DNA of 64,000 nucleotides, from contig CAMEJM010000005.1 in NCBI GenBank assembly GCA_945920215.1, positions 42,798-106,797 of the forward strand. The letters are read 5' to 3'. The notes beneath the pieces are model-generated. The model saw only the letters and a program-made list of their open reading frames with translations, was not told where the DNA came from and did no database searches. The position numbers and the translations under genes were made by a program. Below, in pieces: positions 27,506 through 38,561 of this stretch (position 1 is its first letter; every line of letters starts with the position of its first letter). Source of the DNA: an uncultured bacterium. Its GTDB lineage: Bacteria > Bacillota > Clostridia > Oscillospirales > CAG-272.

Positions 27506-27534
27506 TATTTTTACCCCGGCAAGAAAATTTATAC
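27506..27534 (-). promoter_or_regulatory. Sigma-F-type promoter
   Basis: GTATA-N14-GGTAAAAATA, matching GYATA..GGnnAnAnTA. Confidence 0.65.
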
Positions 27535-27773
27535 AGTCTTTCGCAAAAATGTAAAACGCCCGCTTCCGCATACCGCGGATCCCTCGCCCGACGCTTTTTC
27601 TCTCCCGCATTTTACCACGCGGCGTGACGAAAAATGCGTTTCCGCTCTTTTCAAAGCCTAAAAAGTATGATATACTGATTAAGTATCGATATTTAAGGTT
27701 AATACTTCTATTAGTCAGTCAATCGTATGCGGAATGCGTATGCCCGTATCCCGCGCGGAGAAAGGAGGCGCCC

Positions 27774-29816
27774 ATGGAAAGTCCGTTTCAACTTGTCAGT
27801 CCCTTTGCGCCGACAGGCGACCAGCCGGAGGCCATCGACGGCTTGACGGCGGGGCTGGAGGCGGGAGAGCGGTTTCAGACCCTGCTGGGCGTGACCGGCT
27901 CCGGCAAGACCTTTACCATGGCGAACGTCATCGCGCGTGCGGGGCGCCCGGCGCTGGTCTTGGAGCCGAACAAAACGCTTGCCGCGCAAATCTGCTCGGA
28001 GTTGCGGGCGTTCTTCCCGCATAACGAAGTCGGTTATTTCGTGTCCTATTACGACTACTATCAGCCCGAGGCATACATTCCCGGACGGGATATGTATATC
28101 GAAAAGGACGCCATGATCAACGATGAGATAGACAAGCTGCGCCACAGCGCCACCTCGGCGCTCTTTGAGCGGCGGGACGTCATCATTGTGGCGTCGGTGT
28201 CCTGTATTTATTCGCTCGGCGACCCGCGCGAGTATCAGGATCTGCTGATTTCCCTCCGCCCCGGTATGCCCATGACGCGGGAGGAGTTGATCCGCCGTTT
28301 GGTCGCCATCAGCTATGAGCGCAACGACATCGGGTTTGCCCGCGGCAAGTTCCGCGTGCGGGGAGATACGGTGGAGATCCTGCCCGCTTCCAGCACCGAC
28401 CGCGCCGTACGCGTGGAGTTTTTCGGCGATGAAATCGACCGTCTTTCCGAGGTCAGCACCGTCACCGGGGAGCAGCTGCAAAGCCTGTCTTTCGCCGCCG
28501 TCTTTCCCGCCACGCATTACGCGGTGTCCGACGCCAAGCGGGAGGACGCACTTGCCGAAATCGAAAGAGAAATGCACGAACGCGTGGAGTTCTTCCGCTC
28601 TCAGAACAAGCTTCTGGAAGCGCAGCGCATCGAGGAGCGCACCAAATACGATCTGGAAATGCTGCGCGAGGTGGGCTTCTGCTCCGGGGTGGAAAACTAT
28701 TCGCGCGTCCTCTCCGGCAGAACCGCAGGTTCCACTCCCTATACGCTTCTGGATTACTTCCCGAAGGACTTTATCACGTTTATCGACGAGTCTCACGTCA
28801 TGCTCCCGCAGGTGCGCGGCATGTCGGGCGGAGACACCGCGAGAAAGAAAAATTTGGTGGACTACGGCTTCCGCCTGCCCTCCGCCTATGACAACCGCCC
28901 GCTTTTCTTCGAAGAGTTTGAAGAGAAGCTCGGACAGACGATTTTCGTCTCCGCCACGCCGGGAGACTTCGAGAAACGAAACAGCGACCGCACGGTGGAA
29001 CAGATCATCCGCCCGACGGGGCTGATCGACCCCGAGATCGTCGTCCGTCCCGTCGCCGGGCAGGTGGACGACCTGATAGGAGAGATCCGCACGGTCGCGG
29101 CGCGCGGCGACAAGGTGCTTGTCACCACCCTGACCACCAAGATGGCGGAGGATCTGACCGAGTATCTCTCCACGCAGGGCATCCGCGTTAAATACATTCA
29201 CCACAACGTGGAAACCATGGAGCGCATGGAGATCATCCGCGACCTGCGGATGAACCTCTTTGACGTACTGGTGGGGATCAACCTGCTGCGCGAGGGGCTT
29301 GATATCCCGGAGGTGTCTCTGGTCGCCATTCTCGACGCGGACAAGGAAGGGATCCTCCGTTCCGAAACCTCATTGATTCAGACGGTGGGGCGCGCCGCCC
29401 GCAATGTCAACGGCAGGGTCATCATGTACGCCGATACCGTTACCCGCTCCATGAAAGCGGCAATCGACGAGACGGAGCGCCGCCGGCGCATTCAGTCCGC
29501 CTATAACGAGGCGCACGGCATCACGCCGCAGTCGGTGTCCAAGGCGGTGCGCGCCGTGATTGAAATCGGCAAAAAGGAAGCCGAGCAGAGCGCCCGCGTA
29601 CCCTCCGCCCGCAAAAAGCTCTCCCGCGAGGACAAGGAACAGTTGCTGCTGCGTATGACAAGCGAAATGCAGGAATGCGCCCGCAGGCTGGACTTTGAAC
29701 GCGCGGCGTACCTCAGAGACAAAATCAAGGAACTGCGCGCCGCAAAGGCGCCCGAAGAGGGCGGCGGGGACACGCCCGCCGATTCCTCCCGGAAGAAGAT
29801 ACCGACACGCAGATAA
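27774..29816 (+). CDS. uvrB: Excinuclease ABC subunit B
   Basis: [46 protein letters not shown]-terminal UVR domain. Confidence 0.98.
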   Translation: MESPFQLVSPFAPTGDQPEAIDGLTAGLEAGERFQTLLGVTGSGKTFTMANVIARAGRPALVLEPNKTLAAQICSELRAFFPHNEVGYFVSYYDYYQPEAYIPGRDMYIEKDAMINDEIDKLRHSATSALFERRDVIIVASVSCIYSLGDPREYQDLLISLRPGMPMTREELIRRLVAISYERNDIGFARGKFRVRGDTVEILPASSTDRAVRVEFFGDEIDRLSEVSTVTGEQLQSLSFAAVFPATHYAVSDAKREDALAEIEREMHERVEFFRSQNKLLEAQRIEERTKYDLEMLREVGFCSGVENYSRVLSGRTAGSTPYTLLDYFPKDFITFIDESHVMLPQVRGMSGGDTARKKNLVDYGFRLPSAYDNRPLFFEEFEEKLGQTIFVSATPGDFEKRNSDRTVEQIIRPTGLIDPEIVVRPVAGQVDDLIGEIRTVAARGDKVLVTTLTTKMAEDLTEYLSTQGIRVKYIHHNVETMERMEIIRDLRMNLFDVLVGINLLREGLDIPEVSLVAILDADKEGILRSETSLIQTVGRAARNVNGRVIMYADTVTRSMKAAIDETERRRRIQSAYNEAHGITPQSVSKAVRAVIEIGKKEAEQSARVPSARKKLSREDKEQLLLRMTSEMQECARRLDFERAAYLRDKIKELRAAKAPEEGGGDTPADSSRKKIPTRR

Positions 29817-29831
29817 AAGGCAGCTGAAATC

Positions 29832-32669
29832 ATGTCAAAACAAATCATTGTGCGCGGTGCGCGCACCAACAACCTCAAAAATATCAACGTTGATATCCCG
29901 CGTGACAAGCTGGTGGTGTTCACGGGTCTTTCCGGCTCCGGCAAATCCACCTTGGCGTTTGAAACCATCTACGCCGAGGGGCACCGCCGGTTCGTGGAAT
30001 CCCTGTCCTCCTACGCGCGCCAGTTCCTCGGGCAAATCGACAAGCCCGACGTGGATTCCATCGAGGGGCTGTCTCCCGCCATCTCCATCGAGCAGAAAAC
30101 CACCTCCAAGAACCCGCGTTCCACGGTCGGCACGGTCACCGAGATTTACGATTACCTGCGTTTGCTCTACGCCCGCGTGGGTACCCCGCACTGCCCCGTC
30201 TGCGGAAAAGAAATCACCCAGCAGTCGCTGGATCAGATAGTCGACCGTATCATGAAGCTGCCCGAGGGCACCCGCTTCATGGTGCTGTCTCCCGTGGTAC
30301 GCGTCCAAAAGGGGACCCATGAAAAGGTCCTGTCGGACGCCAAGCGCAGCGGATATGTCCGCGCCCGCGTGGACGGCAGCCTGTACGACCTCGGGGAAGA
30401 AATCAAGCTGGATAAGAACACCAAGCATTCGGTGGACATTGTCGTGGACCGTCTGGTGATCAAGCCGGACATCCGCGCCCGCCTCGGAGAATCGGTGGAG
30501 AACGCCCTGTCCCTCTCGGACGGCAGAGTGACCGTCGCGGTCGTCCCCCGCGAGGGCGAAGAGGAACGGGAATACGAGTTTTCGCAAAAATACGCCTGCG
30601 AGGAGCATCAGGTCTCGTTCGGTGAACTGGAACCCGCCATGTTCTCCTTCAACAACCCCGTCTGCGCCTGCCCGCGCTGCGCGGGACTCGGAGAAATGCA
30701 GGTGATTTCCGAAAAGAAACTGATTCTCCATCCGCACCTGTCCCTGCGCGCCGGCGCGCTGGCTGCCAACGGCTTCAAGAGCATGGACGAGCGCTCCTAC
30801 ACCGGGCCGCTTGTCAAGGCGGTGGGCGAGGAATACGGCTTCACGCTCGATACCCCCATTGACGAATACACCCCCGCGCAGCGCAAAGCGCTCCTGTGGG
30901 GAACCGGGGAGAAGCGCTACCACTGCGTGCGCTACTTCGGTAAGGAACGCAAGGAGGGCGACGCGGTATTCGAGGGCATCATTCCCATGATTGAGCGTCG
31001 CATGCACCTCAACGGCGAGTTCGGCGACTACTACCAGCAGTTCGTCGAGGACGCTCCCTGCCCGGTGTGTCACGGCGCGCGCCTCACGGACAATATGCTT
31101 GCGGTCACGGTGGGCGGGCTGAACATCGACCGCCTCTGTCACCTCTCTGTCGCGCAGATGCTCACCTTTATCGACGGACTTCATTTTGACGATTCCCGCG
31201 AGAAAATCGCGCACGATATTCTCGGCGAAATACGGAAACGCCTGCGCTTCCTCAACGAGGTCGGACTGGATTATCTGACCCTTGCACGCAAGGCGGGCAC
31301 GCTGTCCGGCGGCGAGGCGCAGCGCATCCGTCTGGCAACCCAAATAGGCTCCGCCCTTGTGGGCGTGCTGTATATTCTGGACGAGCCGAGCATCGGTCTG
31401 CACCAGCGCGACAACGGCAAGCTGATCAAAACCCTGCTCAGCCTTCGCGACCTCGGCAACACCGTCATCGTGGTGGAGCATGACGAGGAAACCATGGAGG
31501 CGGCGGATTATATCGTGGATATCGGCCCCGGGGCGGGCATTCACGGCGGCGAAGTGGTTGCGGCAGGCACCCCCGCACAGGTGGCGGCGTGCAGGGAGTC
31601 GCTGACCGGAGATTACCTCAGCGGCAGAAAAACCATCGCCGTCCCAAAAACCCGCAGACCGGGCAACGGACACTTCCTGCGCGTGCGCAACGCAACCGAA
31701 AACAATCTGAAGCATGTGACGGTGGATTTCCCGCTCGGCACGCTGCTGTGCGTGACCGGCGTCTCCGGCTCCGGCAAGTCCTCTCTTGTCAACATTTGTT
31801 TACAGCGCACGCTTGCGCGCGACCTGAACGGCGCCGTTACGTTCCCCGGAGAGTGCGACGGCGTGGACGGGCTGGAGTATGTGGATAAGGTGATTGATAT
31901 CGACCAGAGCCCCATCGGCAGAACGCCGCGCTCCAACCCTGCCACCTATACGGGTCTGTTCGGGGACATCCGGGAGCTGTTTGCCAAAACCCCGGACGCA
32001 AAGGCGCGCGCCTACGGTCCCGGCAGATTCTCTTTCAACGTCCGCGGCGGGCGCTGCGAAGCCTGTCAGGGCGACGGGGTGAAGTGCATCGAAATGCACT
32101 TTTTGCCCGACGTGTACGTCAAATGCGACGTCTGCCACGGCATGCGCTACAACCGCGATACGCTGGACGTCCGCTACAAAGGGAAAAACATCTACGAGGT
32201 TTTGGAGATGACCTGCGAGGAGGCGCTCTCCTTCTTTGACGGCATCCCGCAGATCAAGCGCAAGGTACAGACTCTGTGCGACGTCGGACTGGGGTATATC
32301 AAGCTGGGGCAATCCTCCACGACCCTCTCCGGCGGCGAAGCGCAGCGCGTAAAACTGGCGACCGAGCTGGCGCGGCGCTCCACCGGCAAAACCGTTTATA
32401 TTCTCGATGAGCCGACAACGGGGCTGCACACCGCAGACGTGGCGCACCTCATTGAAATTCTTCAGCGCCTTGTGTCCGGCGGCAACACCGTCATCGTCAT
32501 CGAACACAATCTTGACCTGATCAAAACCGCCGACTATATCATCGACCTGGGTCCCGAGGGAGGCGACGGCGGCGGCACGTTGGTTGCCAAAGGCACCCCG
32601 GAGCAGGTGGCGGAAGTCAAAGAATCCTATACGGGGCAGTTCCTGAAGCAGAAGTTACAATGCAAGTGA
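29832..32669 (+). CDS. uvrA: Excinuclease ABC subunit A
   Basis: GLSGSGKS, Zn fingers, [33 protein letters not shown]. Confidence 0.98.
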   Translation: MSKQIIVRGARTNNLKNINVDIPRDKLVVFTGLSGSGKSTLAFETIYAEGHRRFVESLSSYARQFLGQIDKPDVDSIEGLSPAISIEQKTTSKNPRSTVGTVTEIYDYLRLLYARVGTPHCPVCGKEITQQSLDQIVDRIMKLPEGTRFMVLSPVVRVQKGTHEKVLSDAKRSGYVRARVDGSLYDLGEEIKLDKNTKHSVDIVVDRLVIKPDIRARLGESVENALSLSDGRVTVAVVPREGEEEREYEFSQKYACEEHQVSFGELEPAMFSFNNPVCACPRCAGLGEMQVISEKKLILHPHLSLRAGALAANGFKSMDERSYTGPLVKAVGEEYGFTLDTPIDEYTPAQRKALLWGTGEKRYHCVRYFGKERKEGDAVFEGIIPMIERRMHLNGEFGDYYQQFVEDAPCPVCHGARLTDNMLAVTVGGLNIDRLCHLSVAQMLTFIDGLHFDDSREKIAHDILGEIRKRLRFLNEVGLDYLTLARKAGTLSGGEAQRIRLATQIGSALVGVLYILDEPSIGLHQRDNGKLIKTLLSLRDLGNTVIVVEHDEETMEAADYIVDIGPGAGIHGGEVVAAGTPAQVAACRESLTGDYLSGRKTIAVPKTRRPGNGHFLRVRNATENNLKHVTVDFPLGTLLCVTGVSGSGKSSLVNICLQRTLARDLNGAVTFPGECDGVDGLEYVDKVIDIDQSPIGRTPRSNPATYTGLFGDIRELFAKTPDAKARAYGPGRFSFNVRGGRCEACQGDGVKCIEMHFLPDVYVKCDVCHGMRYNRDTLDVRYKGKNIYEVLEMTCEEALSFFDGIPQIKRKVQTLCDVGLGYIKLGQSSTTLSGGEAQRVKLATELARRSTGKTVYILDEPTTGLHTADVAHLIEILQRLVSGGNTVIVIEHNLDLIKTADYIIDLGPEGGDGGGTLVAKGTPEQVAEVKESYTGQFLKQKLQCK

Positions 32670-32678
32670 GGTCACATT

Positions 32679-34079
32679 ATGGTACAGGTGAACATCAAAA
32701 AACTCAATGAGAGGGCGACTCTGCCCACCTACGGCTCCGCCTGCGCGGCGGGCGCCGATTTGTACGCGTTGCTGGACGGCGACGTCACCATCGCCCCCGG
32801 CGAAACCTATATGGTACATACCGGCATTGCCATCGAACTGCCGGACGGCTACGCCGGTCTTGTCTATCCGCGCAGCGGGCTTGCCTCCAAGCGCGGACTG
32901 GCACCCGCCAACAAGGTCGGGGTGGTGGATCCCGATTACCGCGGCGAGGTGATGGTTGCCCTGCACAATCACTCGCTGACGCCGCAGACCATACAGGACG
33001 GCGAAAGAATAGCGCAGCTTGTCATCACGCCGTTTCTGCGGGTGGATTTCGTGCCTGTCGACGAGCTTTCCGATACCCGGCGCGGCACCGGCGGCTTCGG
33101 CTCCACGGGCACGACCGTGACCCTTGCGCACGAGGAAGCCAACAAAACGGGAAATTACGCCATCCGGTATTACCATGGTCTTGGCGTCCCCTTTGACCGC
33201 CGCCGCGCGGTGGAACTGATGCGGATGGCGGCGGCGGACGGCGATGTGCTGTGCCGCGCGCGTCTGGCTTATCTCTCCTGTATCGGGGACGAAACCGCGG
33301 ATATTCCGCAGAATCCCGCCGCGGGGCTGACAGAACTCAAAGAGGTTCTCCCCGCCCTTAAAGAACTGGTGGACGCCGAGGTGCCGGACGCCATGCTCCT
33401 GTGGGGGAATCTGCTTGTGGACGGCTTCGGCGTGGAAAAGGATGAAAAACGCGCCGTGGAACTGTATTACATGGCGGCGGAGGGCGGGTATGCGCCCGCC
33501 GCAAACGCGCTGGGACAGTGCTACAGCTTTGCCACCGGCGTCAAACGTGATGACCTGCGCGCCGTCAGCTGCTACCGCCGCGCGGCGGAAAGCGGTTTCG
33601 CCCCCGCGCGCTTCCATCTGGGCGTTTGCTATTACAACGGGCAGGGCGTCAAGGTTGACAAAACCGAAGCCGCCATCTGGTATGCCGCTGCCGCCGAGCA
33701 GGGATATGCGCCCGCACAGTTTACCCTCGGCAAGCATTACTCCCAAGTCATGAACGGCGTGAAAAACGACCCTGAAAAAGGAGAAATGTGGCTGACCCGC
33801 GCCGCCGAGCAGGGGCTTGTCAAAGCCATGACCTTCCTTGCCGACCTCTATCACAGCACCGGCACCAACGAAACCGACTCCAAAGCGGCGAAATGGTACC
33901 TGACCGCCGCAGGGCGCGGAGACGCCTATGCCATGAAGCAGCTTTCCTCGTATTACCTCACCGGGCGCGGCGGTGTGCCGCAGGACCCCGTGATGGCGCA
34001 GGAGCTGCTGCGCCGTGCCGCCGAGAGCGGTCTGCGGGAAGCCGAGATCCTCTACGGGGAACGATACGGCAAGCTGTAA
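32679..34079 (+). CDS. dut: dUTPase fused to SEL1-like repeats
   Basis: Dut motifs AGADL, PRSG, GVVDPDYRGE, ERIAQL, RGTGGFGSTG (aa 1-144), then about 8 SLR units (A..LG..Y..G.GV..D...A..WY..AA..G). Confidence 0.9.
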   Translation: MVQVNIKKLNERATLPTYGSACAAGADLYALLDGDVTIAPGETYMVHTGIAIELPDGYAGLVYPRSGLASKRGLAPANKVGVVDPDYRGEVMVALHNHSLTPQTIQDGERIAQLVITPFLRVDFVPVDELSDTRRGTGGFGSTGTTVTLAHEEANKTGNYAIRYYHGLGVPFDRRRAVELMRMAAADGDVLCRARLAYLSCIGDETADIPQNPAAGLTELKEVLPALKELVDAEVPDAMLLWGNLLVDGFGVEKDEKRAVELYYMAAEGGYAPAANALGQCYSFATGVKRDDLRAVSCYRRAAESGFAPARFHLGVCYYNGQGVKVDKTEAAIWYAAAAEQGYAPAQFTLGKHYSQVMNGVKNDPEKGEMWLTRAAEQGLVKAMTFLADLYHSTGTNETDSKAAKWYLTAAGRGDAYAMKQLSSYYLTGRGGVPQDPVMAQELLRRAAESGLREAEILYGERYGKL

Positions 34080-34163
34080 TCCCGCCCTGTTTTCCGAAAC
34101 GGTATCTTTCTTGTATGCTGCCGTTTGCAATCTGAAATTCGATTTTCTATCAAGGAACCATTT

Positions 34164-35540
34164 ATGTATCCGAACGCATTCCTTTCGGAAATGAAACGCC
34201 TGCTGGGCGAGGAGTACCCGCGTTTTCTTGCCTCCGCTTCGGAGCCGCCCTGCCGCGCCCTGCACGTCAATCTTGCCAAAACCACCCCCGCCGCGCTGGC
34301 GGGGGCGCTCGGCTATGCCCTCTCCCCCGTTCCTTACGCGCCGGACGGCTTTTATTTGGAGAGTGAAGAAAAGGCGGGGCGCCACCCCCTGCATCACGCG
34401 GGCGGATTCTATATGCAGGAGCCGTCCGCCATGGCGCCCGTGTGCTGTCTGCACCTAACCGAGAATATGCGGGTTCTTGACGTCTGCGCCGCCCCCGGCG
34501 GGAAATCCACGCAGATCGCCAACCGTATCGGGTCCGGGGGACTGCTGGTTTCCAATGAGTTCGTCCCCGCGCGCTGTACCACCCTAACCGGGAATCTGGA
34601 ACGCATGGGGTTGAAGAACGCCGTGGTCACCGACACGGACGCCGCCGTACTTGCCGCCCGCTATCCCGGTTTCTTTGACGCAGTGGTGGTAGACGCCCCC
34701 TGCTCCGGCGAGGGTATGTTCCGGAAAGACCCCGCCGCGGTGGAACAGTGGAGCGAGGGCAGCGTCCGCGCCTGCGCCGTGCGGCAAGCGGACATCCTCC
34801 GTCACGCCGCCGAATGCGTGCGCCCCGGCGGAGAGCTGGTCTATTCCACCTGCACCTTTTCTCCGGAAGAAAACGAAAGAGTTCTGTACGACTTTCTTAT
34901 GTCTCACCCCGAGTTTTCTCTGCTCCCCGTCTCCGCGCCGCTTGCCGACGTCACCGCCCCCGCCCTCTGTCCGGCGGAGGATGAGACCGGGCGCGGGATT
35001 TCCGCCCATGCCCGCCGCTTTTACCCGCATATTGCAAAGGGGGAGGGGCAGTTTTTTGCCCTCCTCTCGAAGAGCGCCGCTGCCCCCGCCCCCCCTTTGC
35101 CAAAAAAAGTGCGCGACGACGTGCGCCCGCTCACGCGGGAGGAGCAACGAGTCTGGGACGCGTTCGTCCGGGAAAACCTGACGGGTCGCCTGCCCGCCCC
35201 CGTGATATTCAAGGGCGCGGTTTCCCTGCTGGACGGCGCTGTTCCCACCGCCGATGACGTCACCTATGCCAGAGGCGTGCGCGCAGGGCAAGTCGAAAAA
35301 GGGCGTTTGATTCCCGCGCACTGGCTCTTTTCCGCTTACGGCGGGCAGTTTGCGCGGCGTTTGCCTCTCTCCCTCTCCGACCCGCGCCTGACCGCCTATC
35401 TGCGCGGGGAAACCTTTCCGTGCAGCTTGCCCGACGGCTGGGCTTGCGTGACGGTCGAGGGCTGTCCCCTCGGCGGTATCAAGGTCACGGGCGGCATCGC
35501 CAAGAATCACTATCCCAAAGGGCTTCGCCTGCGCGCCTGA
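34164..35540 (+). CDS. RsmF/NOL1/NOP2 family RNA m5C methyltransferase
   Basis: YMQEPSAM, DVCAAPGGKS, DAPCSGEGMFRK, YSTCTF, KNHYPKGLR. Confidence 0.92.
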   Translation: MYPNAFLSEMKRLLGEEYPRFLASASEPPCRALHVNLAKTTPAALAGALGYALSPVPYAPDGFYLESEEKAGRHPLHHAGGFYMQEPSAMAPVCCLHLTENMRVLDVCAAPGGKSTQIANRIGSGGLLVSNEFVPARCTTLTGNLERMGLKNAVVTDTDAAVLAARYPGFFDAVVVDAPCSGEGMFRKDPAAVEQWSEGSVRACAVRQADILRHAAECVRPGGELVYSTCTFSPEENERVLYDFLMSHPEFSLLPVSAPLADVTAPALCPAEDETGRGISAHARRFYPHIAKGEGQFFALLSKSAAAPAPPLPKKVRDDVRPLTREEQRVWDAFVRENLTGRLPAPVIFKGAVSLLDGAVPTADDVTYARGVRAGQVEKGRLIPAHWLFSAYGGQFARRLPLSLSDPRLTAYLRGETFPCSLPDGWACVTVEGCPLGGIKVTGGIAKNHYPKGLRLRA

Positions 35541-35615
35541 AGCGCGCAGGCTTCTTTTCCACGCTCCGTACGCGTTTTGTGGCGGAGCATTTTTTTATTT
35601 TTCTCTAACTTTCTC

Positions 35616-35678
35616 TTGACAAATCCGAAACAAGCGCGTATAATGGCATTACATTTGAACAATCATTCAACTGTTCAA
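35616..35678 (+). promoter_or_regulatory. SigA promoter plus SmtB/ArsR-type operator
   Basis: TTGACA-N17-TATAAT (35616-35644); inverted repeat TTGAACA-N10-TGTTCAA (35655-35678). Confidence 0.8.
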
Positions 35679-35766
35679 CGGTTAAAACGGGTAACATTCA
35701 TCAACGATATATGTGACAAAATAACAGGAACCGATGAAAAAATACACGCCGGAAAGGAAGCCCGCC

Positions 35767-36141
35767 ATGACTATAGAAAAAGAGCCTGTCTGCTGTGAAG
35801 AGCATCACCACCCCTCCGTCACGGAGGCAGTGCGCCCCACCATGCCGAGTGAACGTACGCTGCTGCGCCTTTCGGAGTTTTTCAAGGTGTTCGGGGACCC
35901 CACGCGCCTGCGGCTTCTGACGGCGCTTGACCGCCGGGAGATGTGCGTGTGCGACTTGGCGGACCTCATCGGCATGACCAAGTCCGCCGTATCCCACCAG
36001 CTCGCCGCCCTGCGCGCCGCACATCTGGTGACTTATCGCCGGGAGGGGAAAAACGTGTACTACGCTTTGGCTGACGAACACGTGCGCCTGATCATCGAGT
36101 GCGCCGACGAACACCTCTCGGAGCCCGAAACGCGCTCATAA
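35767..36141 (+). CDS. ArsR/SmtB family metal-sensing repressor
   Basis: FKVFGDPTRLRL, EMCVCDLA, SAVSHQL, DEHV..EH alpha5 site, N-terminal CCEEHHH. Confidence 0.92.
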   Translation: MTIEKEPVCCEEHHHPSVTEAVRPTMPSERTLLRLSEFFKVFGDPTRLRLLTALDRREMCVCDLADLIGMTKSAVSHQLAALRAAHLVTYRREGKNVYYALADEHVRLIIECADEHLSEPETRS

Positions 36142-36242
36142 CGCCCCACACCCGATTTCGACTCCGTAAGCCCCAATTTTACTTCGATAAATACAATAAT
36201 TCTAGAAAAACACAGATATATAAAAGAAAGTGAGAAACCGCC

Positions 36243-36461
36243 ATGACCCACAAATACACCGTCACGGGACTAGATTGCCCCAACTGCGCCAAGAAGCTCT
36301 CCGGCATGATCGAAAAGATCGAGGGAGTGGAAAGCGTCAAGCTGAATTTTCTCTCGGAGGAGCTGACCGTGGTCAGCGACGCGGAGGCCGCCGCCCTTGA
36401 CAAAGCCGTGAAAGCGGCGGGGCGAGAGTTCAGCCGCAAGGTGACCATCGACCGCAAATAA
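36243..36461 (+). CDS. Heavy-metal-associated (HMA) domain protein
   Basis: GLDCPNCAKK motif, 72 aa. Confidence 0.88.
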   Translation: MTHKYTVTGLDCPNCAKKLSGMIEKIEGVESVKLNFLSEELTVVSDAEAAALDKAVKAAGREFSRKVTIDRK

Positions 36462-36520
36462 TCATGCGCGTACCGGGGGAACAGCCCCCGGCGCCCGAAA
36501 CTCAAAAATGGGAGTCTGCT

Positions 36521-38392
36521 ATGAAGAAACTCTTAAAAGACGGGGAGCTGTTGCACATCCTCGCAGGCGCCGTCCTGCTTGTCGCGGGGCTACTGCTGGA
36601 ACACGCGTGGAAGCTGACGCTTCCCGCCGCCATCGTCTACGGCGCCGCGCTCCTTGTATGCGGGGCCGAAGTATTCCTAGAAGCCGTCAAAGGAATTTTC
36701 CGTGGACAGCTTCTGGATGAAACTTTCCTGATGAGCATTGCCTCCGTCGGCGCTTTCTTTATCGCCGAATACGCCGAGGGCGTCGCCGTCATGCTGTTTT
36801 ATCTGATCGGGGAATATTTTGAACACCGCGCCGTGCGCCGTTCCCGCGCCACCATCCGTTCCCTCATGGACATCAATCCCGACACCGCTTTGGTTGTGCT
36901 GGACGGTGCTGAAACCGAGGTGGACGCCGCAGAGGTCGCCGTCGGGCAGACCGTGGTGCTGCGCCCCGGCAGCCGCATTCCCGTCGACTGCGTGGTACTG
37001 CGCGGAAACGCCGCAGTCGATACCGCCGCCCTGACGGGGGAATCCGCCCCCTTGGACGCCGCGCCTGGCGTCCGCCTTTCCAGCGGCATGATCGTCCTGG
37101 ACGGCGTGCTATACGCCAAAGCCGAAAAAACCTCCGAGGCGTCTGCCGCGGCGCGCATTTTGCAACTGGTGCAGGAGGCGGCGGACCGCAAGAGCCGGCA
37201 GGAGCGCTTCATCACCTCCTTTGCCCACGTCTACACGCCTATCGTGGTCGGGCTTGCCGTACTGGTTGCCTTTGTGCCTCCGCTGATCGTGTTTTTTGCT
37301 TTCCACTCCAACGTGCTGCTCGACTGGGTCAGGCGCGCCTTGATGCTGCTGGTCGTCTCTTGTCCCTGTGCGCTTGTGATCTCGGTTCCCCTCGCTTTCT
37401 TCGGCGGCATCGGCTGTGCCGCCTCACGGGGGATTCTGTTCAAGGGCGGCGTTTCGTTTGACGCCCTCTCCCATGCCTCGGTTGCCGTCTTTGACAAAAC
37501 CGGCACGCTGACCCGCGGTACCTTTACGGTTGCGGGCGTGTGGCCCGTCGGAGTGGAGCGGGAAGAGCTGCTGCGCCTGATGAGCGCCGCGGAGAGCCAT
37601 TCCTCTCACCCTCTCGCCCGTGCCATTCATGCGGCGGCGCCCGACGCTCCGCTTCCTTCTTCTGTCAAGGAGGTGGCGGGAAAAGGGCTCCTCGCTGAGC
37701 TGGAGGGCGATACGATTGCCGTCGGCAACGCCGCCCTGATGGCAGACGTCGGCGCTGTCGTGCCCGACGGGCAGGAGGGGATTTACGCTGCCCGGAACGG
37801 GCAATATATCGGCGCCGTGGTTGTCTGTGACACCCTGCGTGCGGAAGCCAAACAGACTCTTGCCGCCCTGCGCGGGTACGGGATCCGCCGGACCGTCATG
37901 CTGACGGGCGACGCGGAAAAGCCCGCGCGGGAAATTGCCGCCGTCGCGGGCATCGACGAGGTACATGCCCGTTTGCTCCCCGCCGATAAATACGCGCGGC
38001 TCGAAGAGCTGACCGAAAGCGGCGCGGGCGTGGTGTATGTCGGAGACGGAATCAACGACGCACCCGCTCTGGCGCGCGCCGACGTGGGGATCGCCATGGG
38101 CGGGATCGGCTCCGACGCCGCCATCGAAGCGGCGGACGTCGTGATTATGAACGACAACCTTTCCCGTCTGCCGGAAGCCTTTGCGGTCGCACGCAAGACC
38201 CTGCGGATCTCACGCTTCAATATCTGCTTTGCCCTCGGTGTGAAGATCGCCGTCATGGCTGCCGCCATCGCGGGGCTTCTGAACTTCAGCGGCGGTATGT
38301 GGTTGGCGGTGTTCGCAGACGTCGGGGTGGCGCTGCTCGCCATCGTCAACTCTCTGCGGATGGTTTTTCAAAAGAGAAAAAGCGACGATTGA
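36521..38392 (+). CDS. P1B-type Zn/Cd-transporting ATPase (CadA/ZntA-like)
   Basis: TGES, SCPCAL, FDKTGTLT, SHP, GDGINDAP, K..FADVG. Confidence 0.93.
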   Translation: MKKLLKDGELLHILAGAVLLVAGLLLEHAWKLTLPAAIVYGAALLVCGAEVFLEAVKGIFRGQLLDETFLMSIASVGAFFIAEYAEGVAVMLFYLIGEYFEHRAVRRSRATIRSLMDINPDTALVVLDGAETEVDAAEVAVGQTVVLRPGSRIPVDCVVLRGNAAVDTAALTGESAPLDAAPGVRLSSGMIVLDGVLYAKAEKTSEASAAARILQLVQEAADRKSRQERFITSFAHVYTPIVVGLAVLVAFVPPLIVFFAFHSNVLLDWVRRALMLLVVSCPCALVISVPLAFFGGIGCAASRGILFKGGVSFDALSHASVAVFDKTGTLTRGTFTVAGVWPVGVEREELLRLMSAAESHSSHPLARAIHAAAPDAPLPSSVKEVAGKGLLAELEGDTIAVGNAALMADVGAVVPDGQEGIYAARNGQYIGAVVVCDTLRAEAKQTLAALRGYGIRRTVMLTGDAEKPAREIAAVAGIDEVHARLLPADKYARLEELTESGAGVVYVGDGINDAPALARADVGIAMGGIGSDAAIEAADVVIMNDNLSRLPEAFAVARKTLRISRFNICFALGVKIAVMAAAIAGLLNFSGGMWLAVFADVGVALLAIVNSLRMVFQKRKSDD

Positions 38393-38561
38393 TTTTCTTC
38401 GGAATATTTGTTATACTAAATAGAACCGACAATGTGAGGCAGGCTGTGTGCCGCGCCGCCGTAGCAACGGCGGTCGGTGCGGGTCTGCCTTTGTTTTTTG
38501 ACCGCACAGAAGTGCCCGCGGCGGGATGAACCCCCGCCGCAATCGAAAAGGAGGGACGCAT

